A stretch of 64,000 nucleotides of DNA from the human T2T-CHM13v2.0 reference genome, Homo sapiens, in assembly GCF_009914755.1 (NCBI RefSeq), contig NC_060940.1; one strand, 5' to 3'. The translations under genes were made by a program, and so were the position numbers. The notes under the pieces are model-generated. The model saw nothing but the letters and a program-made list of their open reading frames with translations, was not told the DNA's origin and searched no databases. The number at the start of each line of letters is the position of its first letter. Position 1 is the first letter of the stretch. Positions 14,386-33,530 of this stretch are shown one piece after another.

Positions 14386-16553
14386 TTATAGATAACCAAC
14401 TTGATTGTGTACTGAAGAAGTCTCCTTCCTGTGTTTCTTTCTGTAAAAATAAGCAGATTTGTGTATGTTTTCTTCTTTTCCTTTCTTACATACAGGGTAG
14501 CATATGTGTTCCTTCCACTTAGCAATGTCTCCGGAAATTACTCCATATCATTTCTCAGATCTTCTTCATTCCTTTTCACAGCTGTGCTGTGTGTATGTAC
14601 CATAGTTGATTCCATCGGTCTGTTATGCCTGGGCATTTAGGTAGTTTCCAGTATTTTGCAATTACAAAGAATACTACAGTAAATATCCTTGTGCATGTGC
14701 AGTTGCATACTTCCAGAGGTGTGTCTTGCGGAGAAAGACCTACAAGTGGGCTGCTAGGTTGTAGAGTATAACGGTGATTTAAACTTTCCTTTTAAGCTGT
14801 ATTTAAGTGAAAAAAAAGTAATAGTTCAAATAAAATGAAAAATAGTACAGGTAACACAGAGACGTGACAGAAATCATAAAAGCAAGCAAATTAAACTATT
14901 GCTTCAGTCCCTTCAAACTCCAAATAGTATCATAACTGAGGTTCAGTCAGAGCCCCCTGGAAATCCAGCCTCAGTGCCTCAGTCCCGGCCTTGGGGACCA
15001 TAGGTGGAACTCTGTATCCACATAGCCTACTGAGCTGCTTTCCTTGGTGGCAGCAGTGTGGCGCCCGCACCTTGGGAGGGAGGCTGGCCAGTGACAACAG
15101 GGACAATTGGAGTTGGGGCCCGGAGTGGCACAGAACCGTGCCAACTTCAGGTGTAGCACTATGAGGAGGTTCCCTGTGACCCTGATCATCAGGGGAGGTC
15201 AAGTCCTCTTTGATGTCCTCTTCTAAAGATGATACTCACTTTAGAGCAGTGAGAATCTGGGGAGCCCTTTCCCCCAAAAACCTGCTACCAACTGGTCCCA
15301 TGCCCACATAGCACTTTGCATAGAGCTTCAGGGAATTGGCAGACCTATAAGGGTTGTTTCAGTACCTATAAGGGTTGTTTGGATAAAACTATCAAAAAGA
15401 AGAGCAAGAAACCTTTCCTTGACATTTGAAGATCTGATCCGCATTCATCTAGAAAATTAAGTGGAGCCACTCACTCTACAGCTGTGCTAGCTGGATGAGG
15501 ACTGTGAGGTGCAGCTGTGCGCACAGGTGTCACAGCCAGGGTGTGGAAATCCCATTTTGTGTGGAGAGGCCCATGTGGGTCTGGTTCTGCGTCAAGATGT
15601 GACACGGGGGTTGGGGGTGAGGAAGGGGGAGCGGTCCTGGCTTTGCTGCTGCATTTCCAGCTGTGTTAAGAATCACTGCACTTGTGGGTTTCTGTGCACT
15701 CATACTCAATATCCAGGGTTGGACCAGACGGTGGTTTTCAAGCAGTTTTGTGTGAAGCCGTAGAATTCCAGAAAGGGGCCTCATGGAGTGCACGAGGGAG
15801 CCCACGGCAGTCAGAGGCATTTGATGCCCACCACCCTTTCCTGGAGCAGCTCTGCGCTCATCTGCTGACTGTGGTGGGATGCCCTGGAAAATTGTCCTGC
15901 AAATTAGTATTCAGCTGCTTAAAAAAAAAGTTGGATGAGCTTGGTGCTGAATTGTCTTCACCCTCTTCTCTGCTCCGGAATTCTGCTGGTGTCCAACGAG
16001 ATTAAGCCAGAAAGGGGACAACTACGTCACAAAGCTTGGCCTCCAGGCCAGGGTGCTGGGGCTTGGCCCTGTAACCTTAGGAAGTACTTGGAGCTGAGTT
16101 CCCACTGTGTCAACCAAGCAGGGCAGAGCTGAGCCTGGGGAAGGAGAACTTGCAGCTGTAGGGGAGGTGGGCCTATGCCACGTCCTCTGCCTCATGGGGC
16201 AGAGGCCAGAGGCTGGGAGACGAGGAGGAGGCTAGCCTCACAGGCTTGCTTGGGAGTCTTCAGATGTCTGATGGCAAGCCTTGTTAGTAAACACAAGCAA
16301 ACCTATACATATGACATTTAAGCATACATCTCCCAAATATGTGTAAAAATTTATGTATTATAAATTATATATAATATGATCATGCTAGTATTATGGACAG
16401 TATAAAACAAAATAGATTTTAAAAGATGAGAAGCGTTAAAAGACCTACTGCCTAGGGAATCATCTTGCATGCCCACTGAGGTCCATACCCACTTTGGAGA
16501 TGGCCAAGGTAGTTGGAGGACACTAGGTGCCTGAAGGAGGCTGGTGAAGGTGA

Positions 16554-16979
<426 letters not shown>

Positions 16980-18280
16980 TGAATTGACTCACTTGTTTTT
17001 TTCCCAAAATTTAGCCTTATTCTAAGCACTAATATCCACAGAAGGCTTTCTGTGCAGCTAGAATTTTCTTCCAATGCACAATGAAATAAGTACAAAACTA
17101 TGCAAACAAAGCATTTGTCCACACACCACTTAGAAAGCACTGTTGGCTCCCACCTGTGTGATGGGGCCCGCCCTGTGGGAGACTCTGATCTTTGACATCT
17201 GACTTCAGATCAGATGGGAGGGAAGGGGGATGGTGAGAGTGAACCTCACATAGGGCCGGGGCCCATGTGAATATCGGGGCGGGGGGGGGGGTGCTCCTCC
17301 ATGCCAAGGGGTGCCTGCAGGTACAGTCATGCCTAACAGTCTGGGGAGAGTCTCTTGGGGCATGAGATATCTCCCCACGAGAACACTTTGTGACCACATT
17401 GATCACAGACTTTGTCGGGGAGTGGCCCACCCCGCCTCAGATCACAGCTACCATGAATCATTGCCACTCGGGCCCGCTGCCAAAACATCTCGTGTTGGGC
17501 TAGACCAGTCGCTCATTTATCACTTCAAGAGATACTTATTGTGTGCCTACTCTGTGCCAGACACTGGATTAGACAGTGGAGAACAAGACACATAAGACAG
17601 CTACAAAACCCCTGTTCTAGTGGAGGAAGGCAGACAGTAAAGAAGCAGAACAATAGAGAATGTAAGAGCCAAGTCACAATGAATGCTATTATTATTAAGT
17701 AAAATCAAGATAAGGGGGAGGAAGGACAAATCTCCTCTACAGAAGAATGCCAAATAATTTATGGAGATACGCGAAGACGTTTCAGAACCTAATGTCCCAT
17801 TCTCTAAGTGTGGCCTGTGTTTACTGACTTTCTTCCACAGAGTATGGTATGGAAGGAGGAGGAAAAGTGACTTCACAGTGGCGAAAGCTGATGAACATTA
17901 GCTTGGCCAAGTATTGGAGATTAACATCAACAGTTATAAGTCATATTGATAGTATGTGCCCTGATAGGATGTGATGAGAAGGGTACTTCCCCTCTGTGGT
18001 CCTCCTCCTCAAAACCTGTAACCCCAGTCTAAATAGCAGAAAGACATTGCACAAACCCAGAGTGAGGGACTCTCAAGAATGCCTGACCAGTACTCCTCAA
18101 AATGTCCAGGTCATCACAAGCAAGGACAGTCTGAGAAACGTCACATCCAGAGGAACCTAAGAATGAGGACTCAATGTAAAAGGGATCCTGGAACAGAAAA
18201 AAGACATTGGGAAAAACTAATGAAATCTGCCCAAAGTGTAGAGTTTAGTTTAGTTAATAACAATTTTTAAAGAGGTATTA

Positions 18281-18585
<305 letters not shown>

Positions 18586-18747
18586 CAGGTGAAGAGGGCG
18601 TCCAGGAAGATGTCTCCGTGGAGGCGACATGTGAACTGAGCCTTGAATGATGCACCCCAGTCACACCTGGCTAGGAGAGACCTGGTGTGAGAGCCTTCCA
18701 GGCAGAGGAAATTACTGTGTAAAGATCCTTGGATAGAAACAAGCTTG

Positions 18748-19045
<298 letters not shown>

Positions 19046-19735
19046 TGGAGACAAGCTTGGGATGTTCAAGAGATAGTGAGAAGCCCAGCACAGCTGGAGC
19101 AGCATGAGCCAGCCAGGCAGGGATGGCCAGGAGGTAAGGTCAGAGGTGGACTGGGGCCAGGCCGTGTGTTTGGATTTCATCTTGAGAGTGATGAGTAGGC
19201 ACTGGGAGTTTTGAACAGAGGAGTGACATGAGCTAATTTCATTAAAATCACTTGGGTTTGTGTGGAGAATACATTAGGGTGGCAGAAGAGGTGGCAGACG
19301 TCCCTGCATGAGCCGGGGGGAGGGAGACCATGGCAGAGGCGGTGTCTGAGCCCAAGGTATGTGTTCACATCCCTCTGGAAACAGAAGTGCAGGTTCACAT
19401 TTTGTCATCTCTTTTAACCCCCTGTATGTCTCCCGAAGGTGGGGAAAAAGATGTGAACTCTGAGTTCCAAAGGCTGACTGTTTGAAAGTCCACGCCCGCA
19501 CAGCCAAGAACTCTGATGGGGACACCATAAAGCCCAACCCTCATCCATCTTTAATTCAAGATGTTTTCTTTGGTGGTTCATAACTTTTTCTGAAAAATAA
19601 AAATGCACACCATGCTTAAGCTGATTGCTACAGGTTACCCTTGTTTAATGGGGAGAAAAAATGAGGTTCCTAATCTCTCTCTGCCTTCTGGAAGTTGTAA
19701 GTAAAAAAGGAAAACAAAAGGCTTCAGTCACATCA

Positions 19736-20069
<334 letters not shown>

Positions 20070-20472
20070 TGTAAGGAGCTTTAGAATGTTGTCAGTGAGG
20101 TTGATTATGTTTATCAACCACATGTCATATCTTCTCAGCTGCCTGAAATCCTTTGGGAAGGAAATGTGGTATCAATAAAGTAAAAAAGACGATTTTAAAC
20201 TCTCGAAATAGAATAAATGATTGCAATTTGTGTTTTGTTGTCAAAGACAGGAACACGTTTCTTGGTGTTGCTGTGATGAATGGAAAGAGAGGCTCTGGCC
20301 TCTGTCTTATTTCCACCCCAGTGTGTCTCTGGTGTTCAGGTCGCTGCTGTCGGACATGTGCTTGATGTGTTTGGAGTCATTTATGCATATTTATTCTCCA
20401 ACATGAGCATGTGTATAAATCTAGGGCTGAAAAGCTGTCTGGACTCATCCCAGTCTCCATTTTGGCTTCCAG

Positions 20473-20605
20473 AGATCGAGATGGTGATCATGGAGCGTAG
20501 CAAGCTCTCAGAGCTGGCCGCCAGCACCTCCGTGCAGGAGCAGAACACCACGGACGAGGAGAAAAGCGCCGCCGCCACCTGCTCTGAGAGCACGCAATGG
20601 AGCAG
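20473..20605 (+). CDS. CLEC16A: CLEC16A coding exon (exon 12), 133 nt, phase 1->2
   Basis: Acceptor ttttggcttccag|AG; (E)IEMVIMERSKLSELAASTSVQEQNTTDEEKSAAATCSESTQWS(R); donor CAG|gtagct. Confidence 0.96.
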
Positions 20606-21795
20606 GTAGCTGCCCGAGAGGTCGATGCTGAGTGCTCTCTCAGGGAAGAGGAGAGGGCTCAGTGGGGAGGTTGAGCCCTAGGGCCAGAGCCTCTTCTGTC
20701 CCTCAGCCCGACCATGCTGCCTCCCTTTCTTTCCCTGCTTCTCCAGCTCTGGCCACCCAGAAGCATGGAGACGGAGCCATCACTCAACACTGTAATGCTC
20801 ACTCCTTTGCAAAGAGATTCGCCAGGATAGCGCAACTCTCTCCCTGCCCTGCTCCTGGCACTTTGGAGCTTGGCTCTGTCTAAAGGACATGGGTTGCTTC
20901 ACATTGGCTGCTCCTAGAAATGCTCTGCTGCTCCAAGGAAGGATCCCCTCAGTAGCTGGGCTTGGATCTCCCTGCCTGGTTCATTCCCTGCCCTGCACAC
21001 ACAAACACATACCCCATCTATAGGGCCTGCCCTCTTGACTTGGCCACATGAGTTGGTGCTGCCATCCACCTTTGACTTTTTGCCTGATTGTTCATTTCAT
21101 CGATGGCCATCTGTAGCTACATCTTCTTAAACCTGGGTGACCCCACATTTCCTGGAACCTTGCCATAGCACCAGCCCCTCCACAATGGGATTGGAGGGAA
21201 GGCTACTCCCAGCGTATGCTGGTAGCTGGTAGCAGGGCTTCATTTCAGAGTTATTTCCTTACCTCGCAGCCCCACTGCACAGACCCCTGCAACAGCCTCC
21301 TGATTAGCACTACCTTCCTGTTCATAAATGCACCACACCAGGATTTCTCTGTCAGCCTGCGAGGCATTCACTTCCTCAGCCCCTAGGGAGGGGTGGTGGA
21401 AATACACACGGCCCCCCATCCTCTTTAGTAATCCAACTTCAAGTGAAGATGTGAAGTCCACTAATTTTTTTCCTCCACATCTTATTTGTCTCTTTGCTTG
21501 GCAAATGTTTCAATGACTTAACAGATGGGATTAATTTTTATCAGATGTGCAAGGGAGCCATTTTTAGTTTTTGCTAAATAAAAAAACAGTGGAGTACAAA
21601 GACCTTTTAGATTTTGCTTCACAGCAAAAAATGTAACTCCCAAAGCTCTGAAAAATAAGTAATTCTAAACACAGACGGTTGGGGACAACCTTGGCACAGC
21701 ATTCTTTAGACTATAAATAATTAGAAGAGCCCCAAATAACCAGTAGTGGGATGTTGCTTAAGCAAAGGAAGAGGTATCTGCTTAATGGAGGATTA

Positions 21796-22079
21796 GGCCA
21801 GGCATGGTTGTTCACACCTGAAATCCTAGCGCTTTGGGAGGCCAAGGGGGGAGGATCACTTGAACCCAGGAGTTTGTGACTGGCCTAGTCACATAGTGAG
21901 ACCCCATCTTTACGAAAATATTAAAAAATTAGCCGGGCATGGTGGCAGGTGCCTGTAGTCCCGGCTACTTGAGAGGCTGAGGTGGGAGATTGCTTGAGCC
22001 AGAGAGGTCAAGGCTGCAATGCACTATGATTGCACCACTGCACTCCAGCCTGGGCAACAGAATGAGACTCTCGCTCAGA
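21796..22079 (+). mobile_element. AluJ-like element
   Basis: Diverged Alu dimer with almost no tail. Confidence 0.88.
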
Positions 22080-22574
22080 ATATCTGCTGCTGCTTTTAGG
22101 TGAATACTGTCATGATGTGTTCAGTTCCTTAGGGTTTGATAAATGGAAACAGAGAACATACTTTTCGTAGTATGGTAATACTGTGGCTTTGCTAATGGAA
22201 GAGAAACACCCATGTATTTCTCCCGCCACCAAAAAAAGGGTTAAAAAAACAGACCAAAATGTTATGTTTGAATATTGGGGTTGATGACTTCTTTTTTTCT
22301 GAATTTTGGTGGAGAGAAGGGTTTTCTTAGAGTTGATTGAGATTGTTTCTTAACTTTGGGCATCTTGAAGCACATGGCTTCTAATGGAAGCTGATTCAGT
22401 TGCCTTGAGTTAGGCCGCATGCAGTCCTGGGAACCTCCAGGCCAGATTTCTGCTAGACTGTGAGACTGAATGCCGGGTTAGAGACTGGCCCAGGTGGAGA
22501 GCAGCTTTCTCCTTTGTCAAGGTATCGAGTTGCAGCTTGTAAGAAACTGCCACTGCCCTCTGTCCCCCCAACTT

Positions 22575-22728
22575 GAGCAGTTGGGACTACAGGCCAGAGT
22601 CACCATGTCTGGCTACCTTTTTTTTTTTTTTTTTTTTTTTTGCAAAGACAGGATCCTACTATGTTGCTCAGGCTAGTCTGGAACTCCTGGCCTCAAGTGA
22701 TCCTCCAATCCTCCTGCCTCAGCCTTCC
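22575..22728 (-). mobile_element. Partial Alu (J-like)
   Basis: gggactacagg...long T linker...ggaactcctggcctcaagtgatcctcc. Confidence 0.8.
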
Positions 22729-22897
22729 TGAGGCAGGGAGTGGGAAGGAAGGTGGCTGTTTGTTCTCTAGGCTGTGAATTGGATCTTGGCGTTGGTCCAC
22801 TTGCCCCAAGAAACAGCAAGGTAAAAAACAGACTGTTTTTATATTCCCCATATATTATGGGCTCTGTCTGCACTGGGGGTTAAATATAGGCCTAAGA

Positions 22898-23268
<371 letters not shown>

Positions 23269-24449
23269 TTAAAATTATGAAAGTATGCAAAATCTTAAAA
23301 AGCATAAAGGGGGAAAAAGTCTTCACTGCTAACATTCAGAATCAGGGGGACTACCATTTTGGTTATTTTTTTTACCAGTTTTTTTTTTTTTTTTTCCGAT
23401 GTGAACTTTCTGGGAATTTCACCCTCCCTTCTCCCAGAAGCTTGGACCGTATTGTGTCTATAATTTTGTATTCTTTTTTTCCATCTAATATCAACTCCCA
23501 AGCAAACTTTTCACCTTATTCTACCCTGCGTAAACAAAACGCTTAATGGTTTTATGATACTTCATCTCATAAAAGATGGTACCCACCCAGCTATTGGCAT
23601 TTGGTTATTCATATTATTCCCAAATGAAAATATAATCCAAATTTCAAGCAGCTGATTTACAAGAAAATGTTATCCTACTCCTAAGTCTGGAAGTGTTATT
23701 GCTGGAGGCTTTCAAAACCCAAATCTACACATGGCAAAACTATTAACACATCTGAAAGGTGGTGCCCCATCTGGGGCTGTGGAGAAATGGGGATGGAACA
23801 TAAATGTCCCCTTTAAGATTTTCATTTTTTTTTTTTAGTTTTTGTGTGTCACGTGTGTGTTTGAAATGTTATGACAAGTACATTTTTCCTACTTTTTTTT
23901 TTTGCATTTTTCAATGAAATATTTTGTATCAGAGATACATGTATAGAGTCAAAAATTCAAAACTGTGTCAAAGGTTATATAGTGAACACTCCCTGTTTCT
24001 CCCCAGTCCCCTTTCACTCCCCGTAGGCATCCAATGTTCATTGGAGCTTGGGTGTCCTTCCAGAAATTAAATGTGCCCTTGGTCACTCATGAAGGTGCTC
24101 TGTTCTCTTGGCCTCAGCCTGGCATTCAGAGGGGGCAGCCACAGACAGTGGGAGGATCAGAGCCTCTGGCCTGTGGGCCAGACCTGTGCATATTCTATTC
24201 TCCTGGTGTTGAAGAGTATTTTTCTGTGAGGCCCTTCACCTGGAAAGGCAGCATTTGGGATGTGCCATTTCCGATTTTTGCAGCCTCTCTACAGATCTCA
24301 CCCACAAAGCATCAGAGGTGAGAGACCTCACTATCGATTCTTCGCAGTCAGAGAAAGTCAGCCTGAGAAATTGCTGGGTCAGGACCCTGCCAAAGTGAAA
24401 TCATGAAGTAGTGCCCTTGGTATATTAAAAATAGAAATCAAATAGCAGC

Positions 24450-24680
24450 TCCCATGCATTGGCACCGTCCACAGTGCCTGACCCTGTGCTAAATGCTTTT
24501 CAGTCTTCATTGCGCTTGAATCCTCACAATAATCCTGCAAGGTTGGACTCCACCCCATACAGATGGGGAAATAGGTTTTATGTGACTTGCCCAAGGGTTT
24601 GCTGAATAAAAAGCTAAGAAGAGGCAGAATCAGAATTTGAACCCAGACAGTCTGGCACTAGGGCTCATGTTCTTGAACTT
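24450..24680 (-). mobile_element. MIR
   Basis: aatcctcacaataatcctgcaagg...gtgacttgcccaagg...agaatttgaacccagacagtctgg. Confidence 0.75.
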
Positions 24681-25100
24681 GTTTGGATTGTTGTTTGTGC
24701 CTTGTGTGACATCACACTGTCCTGTTTTCTTCATTGGCTTGTGACACACATCACTTTGCATTGATGTCTGTTTGTTCTGTGTCTACCAGCTGACACGGGA
24801 GCTTTGGTGTGGGGAGTTTGTATAATTGATTCCCTGTGTCTGGAATACCTGGTGAATGATTGTTGTGTGACTAAGCAAGCAGTCTGTTCCTTGGTCAGGT
24901 TCCCCTCTGGATAGCGGCTTCCGCAGGCAGAGCCTGTCTCTCATTTGTCTGTGTCCTCAGTGCGTGGTGCTGGACCAGGCACACAGTTGTGGCCTAAAGA
25001 GCTGTGTCAAAGGCAGCTAGCACCCCATGTGCAGGTTAGAGAGGGGAGGTGTTCACCCTTGTGCACCGTGAGGCTCATACATGCCCCTCCTCTTTTCCAG

Positions 25101-25201
25101 ACCCTTCCTGGATATGGTGTACCACGCGCTGGACAGCCCGGATGATGATTACCATGCCCTGTTCGTGCTCTGCCTCCTCTATGCCATGTCTCATAATAAA
25201 G
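25101..25201 (+). CDS. CLEC16A: CLEC16A coding exon (exon 13), 101 nt, phase 2->1
   Basis: Acceptor ctcttttccag|A; PFLDMVYHALDSPDDDYHALFVLCLLYAMSHNK; donor AAG|gtaagc. Confidence 0.96.
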
Positions 25202-27012
25202 GTAAGCACCCTTGCCTTGCCTGACTTCCTTGCTGGGCCCTGCATACCCATAGCATCCTTCCCCTCTGCTGCATGGAGGACAAAGAAAGGTGCTTTCTGT
25301 ACAGAATTTCCTTTCTGGTTTTGGTGGTCCTTTTTGGTTTTGACTCCCGCTCCTCTTTAGCTTCTTTAGAATTTCTCAGGTGTTTTTCTACCAACTGAAG
25401 CCACAGGAATTGGTTACTCAGGCAATATGGAGGAAGGTGACTTGAGTGCCTAACCCAGGATGACTATATTCACCCTGTGGTTTTCTTTTGACCCCTTGAT
25501 TTACAACTGACTTAGCGTCTGACCTCTTTCCTAACATCAGAACTGAAATCAGTCAAATTGTAATCTTGGTTTTGCTATTTATAACACTTGGTGTTCTTAT
25601 TCTGTGTTCAGAGCTGAAATAGACCCTGGGTGGACTTGGTGGAAGCATAGGTTTCCTTTCTGAAGAAAGGTGTGGTTCTCTGGCTTCCCCTATTAAGGCT
25701 ACTTGGCCAGGATCCAACTCCCATGGGGTTGACAGGTTTTGTTGGGATTCATTCATTCACCGCCTTGCTGCCGACCCCTGGGAATAGTTACTGTTGTTTG
25801 CCCCACCTGGCTTGACATGGGCACGTTCTGAAACCTCCACATCAGAATCTCTTCAAAGAAGAATTCAGGAATATTCCTTCTAACCCCTGCCAAGAGCTAG
25901 GCTTGGCATAGTAAAAAAAATCAAGTGATATTTTAGTAGGTTTTTTATAAGCTTATTGGGGAGTAGATAGAGTTGGGTTTTACTAAGACAGCCTATGGCT
26001 AGAGGCATTAGAACATACATGATATAACTAAGTTTATGTGTTCTTAAATCATTAATCATGATAAATAAGTTGATTAGTGGCAGAAGGGTATATAGGGAAA
26101 AAGTTTCCCACCTTTGACCCCAGCTCTCCTCTTCAAAGGCAGTTCCTGCTACCGGTTTCTCTTGTGTCTTTTTAAAGATAGCCAAACAAACCCAAGTAGG
26201 AGTATATATGGTTTTATTTGTATGACTGCCCACTTAGCTGTAAATGGAGATACCCATATTGTGCTTTCTACCTTGCTCTGCTCACATCATCATATTTCAG
26301 CACATGGGTTCACATCCATAGAGAACTGCCATTCTTTTTTATCAATGTGTGAGCAAATCATAGATATTAAGGATTTTTGCATCTATGTTCATGACTGATA
26401 CTGGTCTGTAGTCTTCTTGTAATTCTCTTGTCTGGTTTTGCTATCAGGGTTATGCTCACCTAATAGAATGAATTGAGAAATATTATCTTCTCCTTGATTT
26501 TCTGGAGGAATTTTTGTAGTATTATTTCTTCCATAAATATTCCTTAAACCAGTGAAGCCATCTGAATATGGAGTTGTCTTTGGTGGAAGGTTTTTAACCA
26601 CTCAATTTCTTCAGTAGGCATAGGGCTTTTTAAGGTTACGTATTTCTTCTTGAGTGAGCTTTGGTAACCTGTGTCTTTTAAGGAATTTGTCATTTCATCT
26701 GAACTGTCAAATTTATTGGCATAAACTTTATGTTTTTCCTTTATTATCTTTTTAATGTCTGTAGGATCTGTAGTGATGTTCCCTCTCTGATTGATGGTAT
26801 TGATAATTTAGGTCTTCATTTTTTTTCCTAATCATTTTGGCTAGAGGATTATTAATTTTATTGCTACCCTCTATTGTTCTGCTGTTTTTGATTTTGTTGA
26901 TTTCTGTTCTTATGTTTGTTTGGGGTTTTTTTTTTTTTTTTTTGCCTTCTGCTGCTTCCAATTTAATTTACTTTTTGTTTTATAACTTCTTATAAAGAAG
27001 CTTTAGGCATTG

Positions 27013-28838
<1,826 letters not shown>

Positions 28839-30009
28839 GAAGCTCTAATTATTGATTTTAATCATCGTAGGAAGCTTTGATCATTGATTTTTTAAGCAAA
28901 TCAGCTTATTTTTTTAAACTAACGTACCATAAAATTAACTCATTTTTGTATTTAATTCTGTGAATTTTGGGACATGTATGGATAGGTGTGAACACCACTT
29001 AATCAGGAGATAGTACAGTTTCATTATCAGAAAAATATCCCTCAGGCTATTCCCTTTCCAGTCATTGATTTTTAAACCTTTCTTCTCTATGACTTTAATG
29101 CTATAAATTTCCCTGTAAGCACTGCTTTACCTGCATCCAGTAAATTTTAACATATGAGGTTCATTCAGCTTAAAATTTTACACAGTTTCCCTTTTGATTT
29201 CTTGTGTTTTGTCATGTGTATAATTTCTAGCTGTGTTTCTCTTATTGATTTTTCTCCTGCTTTTGGATTCCTTCCCCCATTTTTTGCATGCCTGGTCATT
29301 TTTGATTGGTTGACAGTTACTGTGGTTTTTCACAGTTGGATGCTGGATTCTTCCTGTAAATATTTTTGGGCTGATGGTTCAGTTAATTGGAGTTGGTTTG
29401 ATCCTTTTTTGAGGCTTGCTTTTAAGCTCTGTGAGAGCTGGTCCAGACAGCCTTCAGTTTAGGGCTAACTTCGCCCTATTACTGAGACATTACCCTTCTG
29501 AGACTCTACTGTGTCCCATGGTGAGGTGGTCTCTCCACACTGGCCCCCCCAGTGTGAGCTCCAGGAATTGTTCCACAGGCTTCATTCTGGCAGGTCTTTC
29601 CCTTTCTTCATGTGCATGCACAGACCAGAACACAGCAAGGTTCTAAAGGAACCCTCTGCACATGTCTGAGCTCTCTCTCTGCAGCTCTCTCTTCATTTAT
29701 CTTGTCCATGAATTTTAACCCCTTGATCTCCCTGAACTCCAGACTCTGCCTTCTCTGAGAGAACCACAGTCTTTGGGTTTTCTATCCCTTTGCTGAGGCC
29801 CGGATACTCTCACTGGACAGCAAGCTGGAGCAATCACTGGGCCACTGCCTTTGTGCTTCTCCCTCTCAGGGATCTCTCTCTTATGCTGCCTGTTCATCCA
29901 GAGTCTGATAACCATTGTTTTGTATATATTGTCTTGCTTTCTAAGTTGCCTGAATTAGTAGGATAAATTCAGTCCATCTTGGCCAGAAGCATAGCACCTT
30001 TAAAGAAAA

Positions 30010-31310
<1,301 letters not shown>

Positions 31311-31859
31311 TCCATGAGGTTCCTGTGGCACTTTTTAATACCGCCTTTTCTCTGTATTTTTTCTCTCCCATTCTGGACTGCTAGGCCTTGGAAGGCAGAA
31401 ACCATGTGCTCCCTGCAGTACCCAGCCTACCGCCTGGCACTCAGTCAGTGCTCAGCCAGAGTTTGCTGATTGGTTGCTGCTCAGCTATGTGGCACGTCCC
31501 CAAGGCCATCTCTTCCTGGCAGCTTGTAGCTCAGGGCTTCAGCAAAGAAGGTGCTGTCTGTGTGGTGTAGATGCCAGGCTCCATGGGACAGTGGGCAAGC
31601 TCCTCATCTTGGTGACTGGTGTTCTCCATGGGCTTCCTTCCTGCAGCCCTGACCTGTACGGGGAGCAGAGACGTCATGGCTTACTGGGTGTGCTGCCATG
31701 CACCTTCATCCATCTTATGCGCTGGAGAGACCACTCACCTGTGTTCCCGCCTGGGCATCCTACCTCTTTTTCTTGGGAATTTCTTCTTGGAAGAGTAGAA
31801 CTGTATATTCAAGGAAATTGAATTCCTTCTCCCATTTTCTGCTAATGCTATGCATGTAT

Positions 31860-33530
31860 TGATTCATTCATTCTTCCAACAAATATTTTGGAAGCCCCTG
31901 TTAGATGCCAGGCACTGGGATCAGTATTGGGGATGCAGTGGTGAAGCAAACAAATGCTTTCATGGAATCTGGATTCTCTTAGAGGAGACAGACAGTAAAC
32001 TAGTAACCAAGTAAAATAATCCCATGTAGCGAGAAGTGCAACAGTGAAAATAAAACTAGGTAATGTGGTGGGGCAGGCTGAGGGTAGAGGGTACTACATC
32101 CGCCTGAGCAATCAGGAGAGGCCTCTTGGAGGCTTAAGTGATCAGGAGGAATAGCTTGCAGTTTCTGATGAATTTCCTCATGTAATTAGTTATTCAGCAA
32201 ATGCATGTGGAGCACCGGCCGTGTGCCAGGCAGTGTGCTCAACATGGGGACTACAAACTCCAGGCAGACCAACCCAGGCCCTTGCCCAAGAAAGCATCAG
32301 TCATTCTTGGACAGAAAAGTCCTACGAGGAGGCTGTCAGCACAATAGAGGGTCACTTGCCTGGTGGTGAGCATGGACTCTGCCCGCAGGAGTGAGGACCC
32401 GTTTCCTGAGGACACCCGGGCTATGGTAGAGGACAGAGCAAGAAGGGGCATGAGAGCCTGTGGCATATCCATCAGATCACTGCCCGTTCCCTAGGGTGAG
32501 TGGCAGCATGTCCGAGGCAGCGGGTGCCCCAAGAGGCAGGCATCTGGAGCCAGTCTGCAGGGGGTGGCACAGGCAGCGACTGAACTGTGTTCCTATGAGC
32601 CGTGTGGGGCTGCTGGGGGGCAGTTGGTCAGTTAGTGAGCTGACCCACTCTGCACCTCTCAGAATGGGTTTGCAGTAATTCAGCCAGCGGGTGGGAGGGA
32701 TGAGAGGTGAAACTGAGAGGCTTTCTTATCATTCAGCAGATACTTGCTGAGCGCTTGCCAGGGCAAGGCCCCGTCATAGGCACTCAAACAAGCCCAGATG
32801 AGTCTCACTGAAGTGAACAAGAAGATTAATTGTGACTGTGACAAATGGTAGAAGGAAATGAACAGGGTGGAGTGATGAGGAAGCCTAGTGGTTGTGCTGC
32901 AGGGGTTACTAGGTGCTAGTCAGGGTGGTCGGGGAGGGCTCCTCTGAGGAAGGACCAGCAGAGCCACAGCCCAGAGAGTGAGAAGGAGCCAGCTCTGCAA
33001 AGACCTGGGGCAAGAGTCCTCCAGGTGAAGGGAGCAGCATGTACAGAGGCCCCGGGGTGGGAAGGAGCAGAAAGTGGGCCAAGGTGAGGCTGGCCAGGCG
33101 GGCAGGGGCCAGGTCATGAAGGGCCTTGAAGGCCCTGAAGAGGAATTGCCATTTTTTCTCCAAGTGCAATGGGAAACCCCTACCGAATTTTTAAGTAGGA
33201 CAGTGATGTGGTCAGATGGAAGTTTTTAAAAGAAACGTTGGCTACCAGACAGAAAGTAGATGACTGGGGGTGGGGATGAGTTGCAGGAGGGAACACCGAG
33301 AGACTTGCTAAGAAGCTGTTGCAGTCATCCAGGCGAGATAATGTGGATTGGATTAGGCTGCTGGCTGGGGAGTAGAGGAAACTGGAAGGACTTGTGATTA
33401 TTTCAGCGCTAGAGCCAGGACGTGCTGATGGATTGAATGTAGGGGTCGAGTGAAAGGGACGAGTCAGATGACTCCTGTGATTTGGCTTGAGCAATGGTGG
33501 GGGTGCATTTACTAGGATGAGGAGACAAGG
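31860..33530 (-). mobile_element. Cluster of L2 fragments
   Basis: Several antisense L2 3' ends (ttcattcattc...aacaaatatt...tgccaggcactggg; tcattcagcagatacttgctgagcgc). Confidence 0.6.

Noticed and set aside
20568-20582. Perfect Kozak-like GCCGCCGCCACC in exon 12
   Set aside because: It is followed by TGC, not ATG, and is explained by Ala-Ala-Ala-Thr codons.
26389-26961. L1 ORF2-like peptides as an active reverse transcriptase
   Set aside because: Short, frameshifted, heavily diverged fragments of a dead L1.
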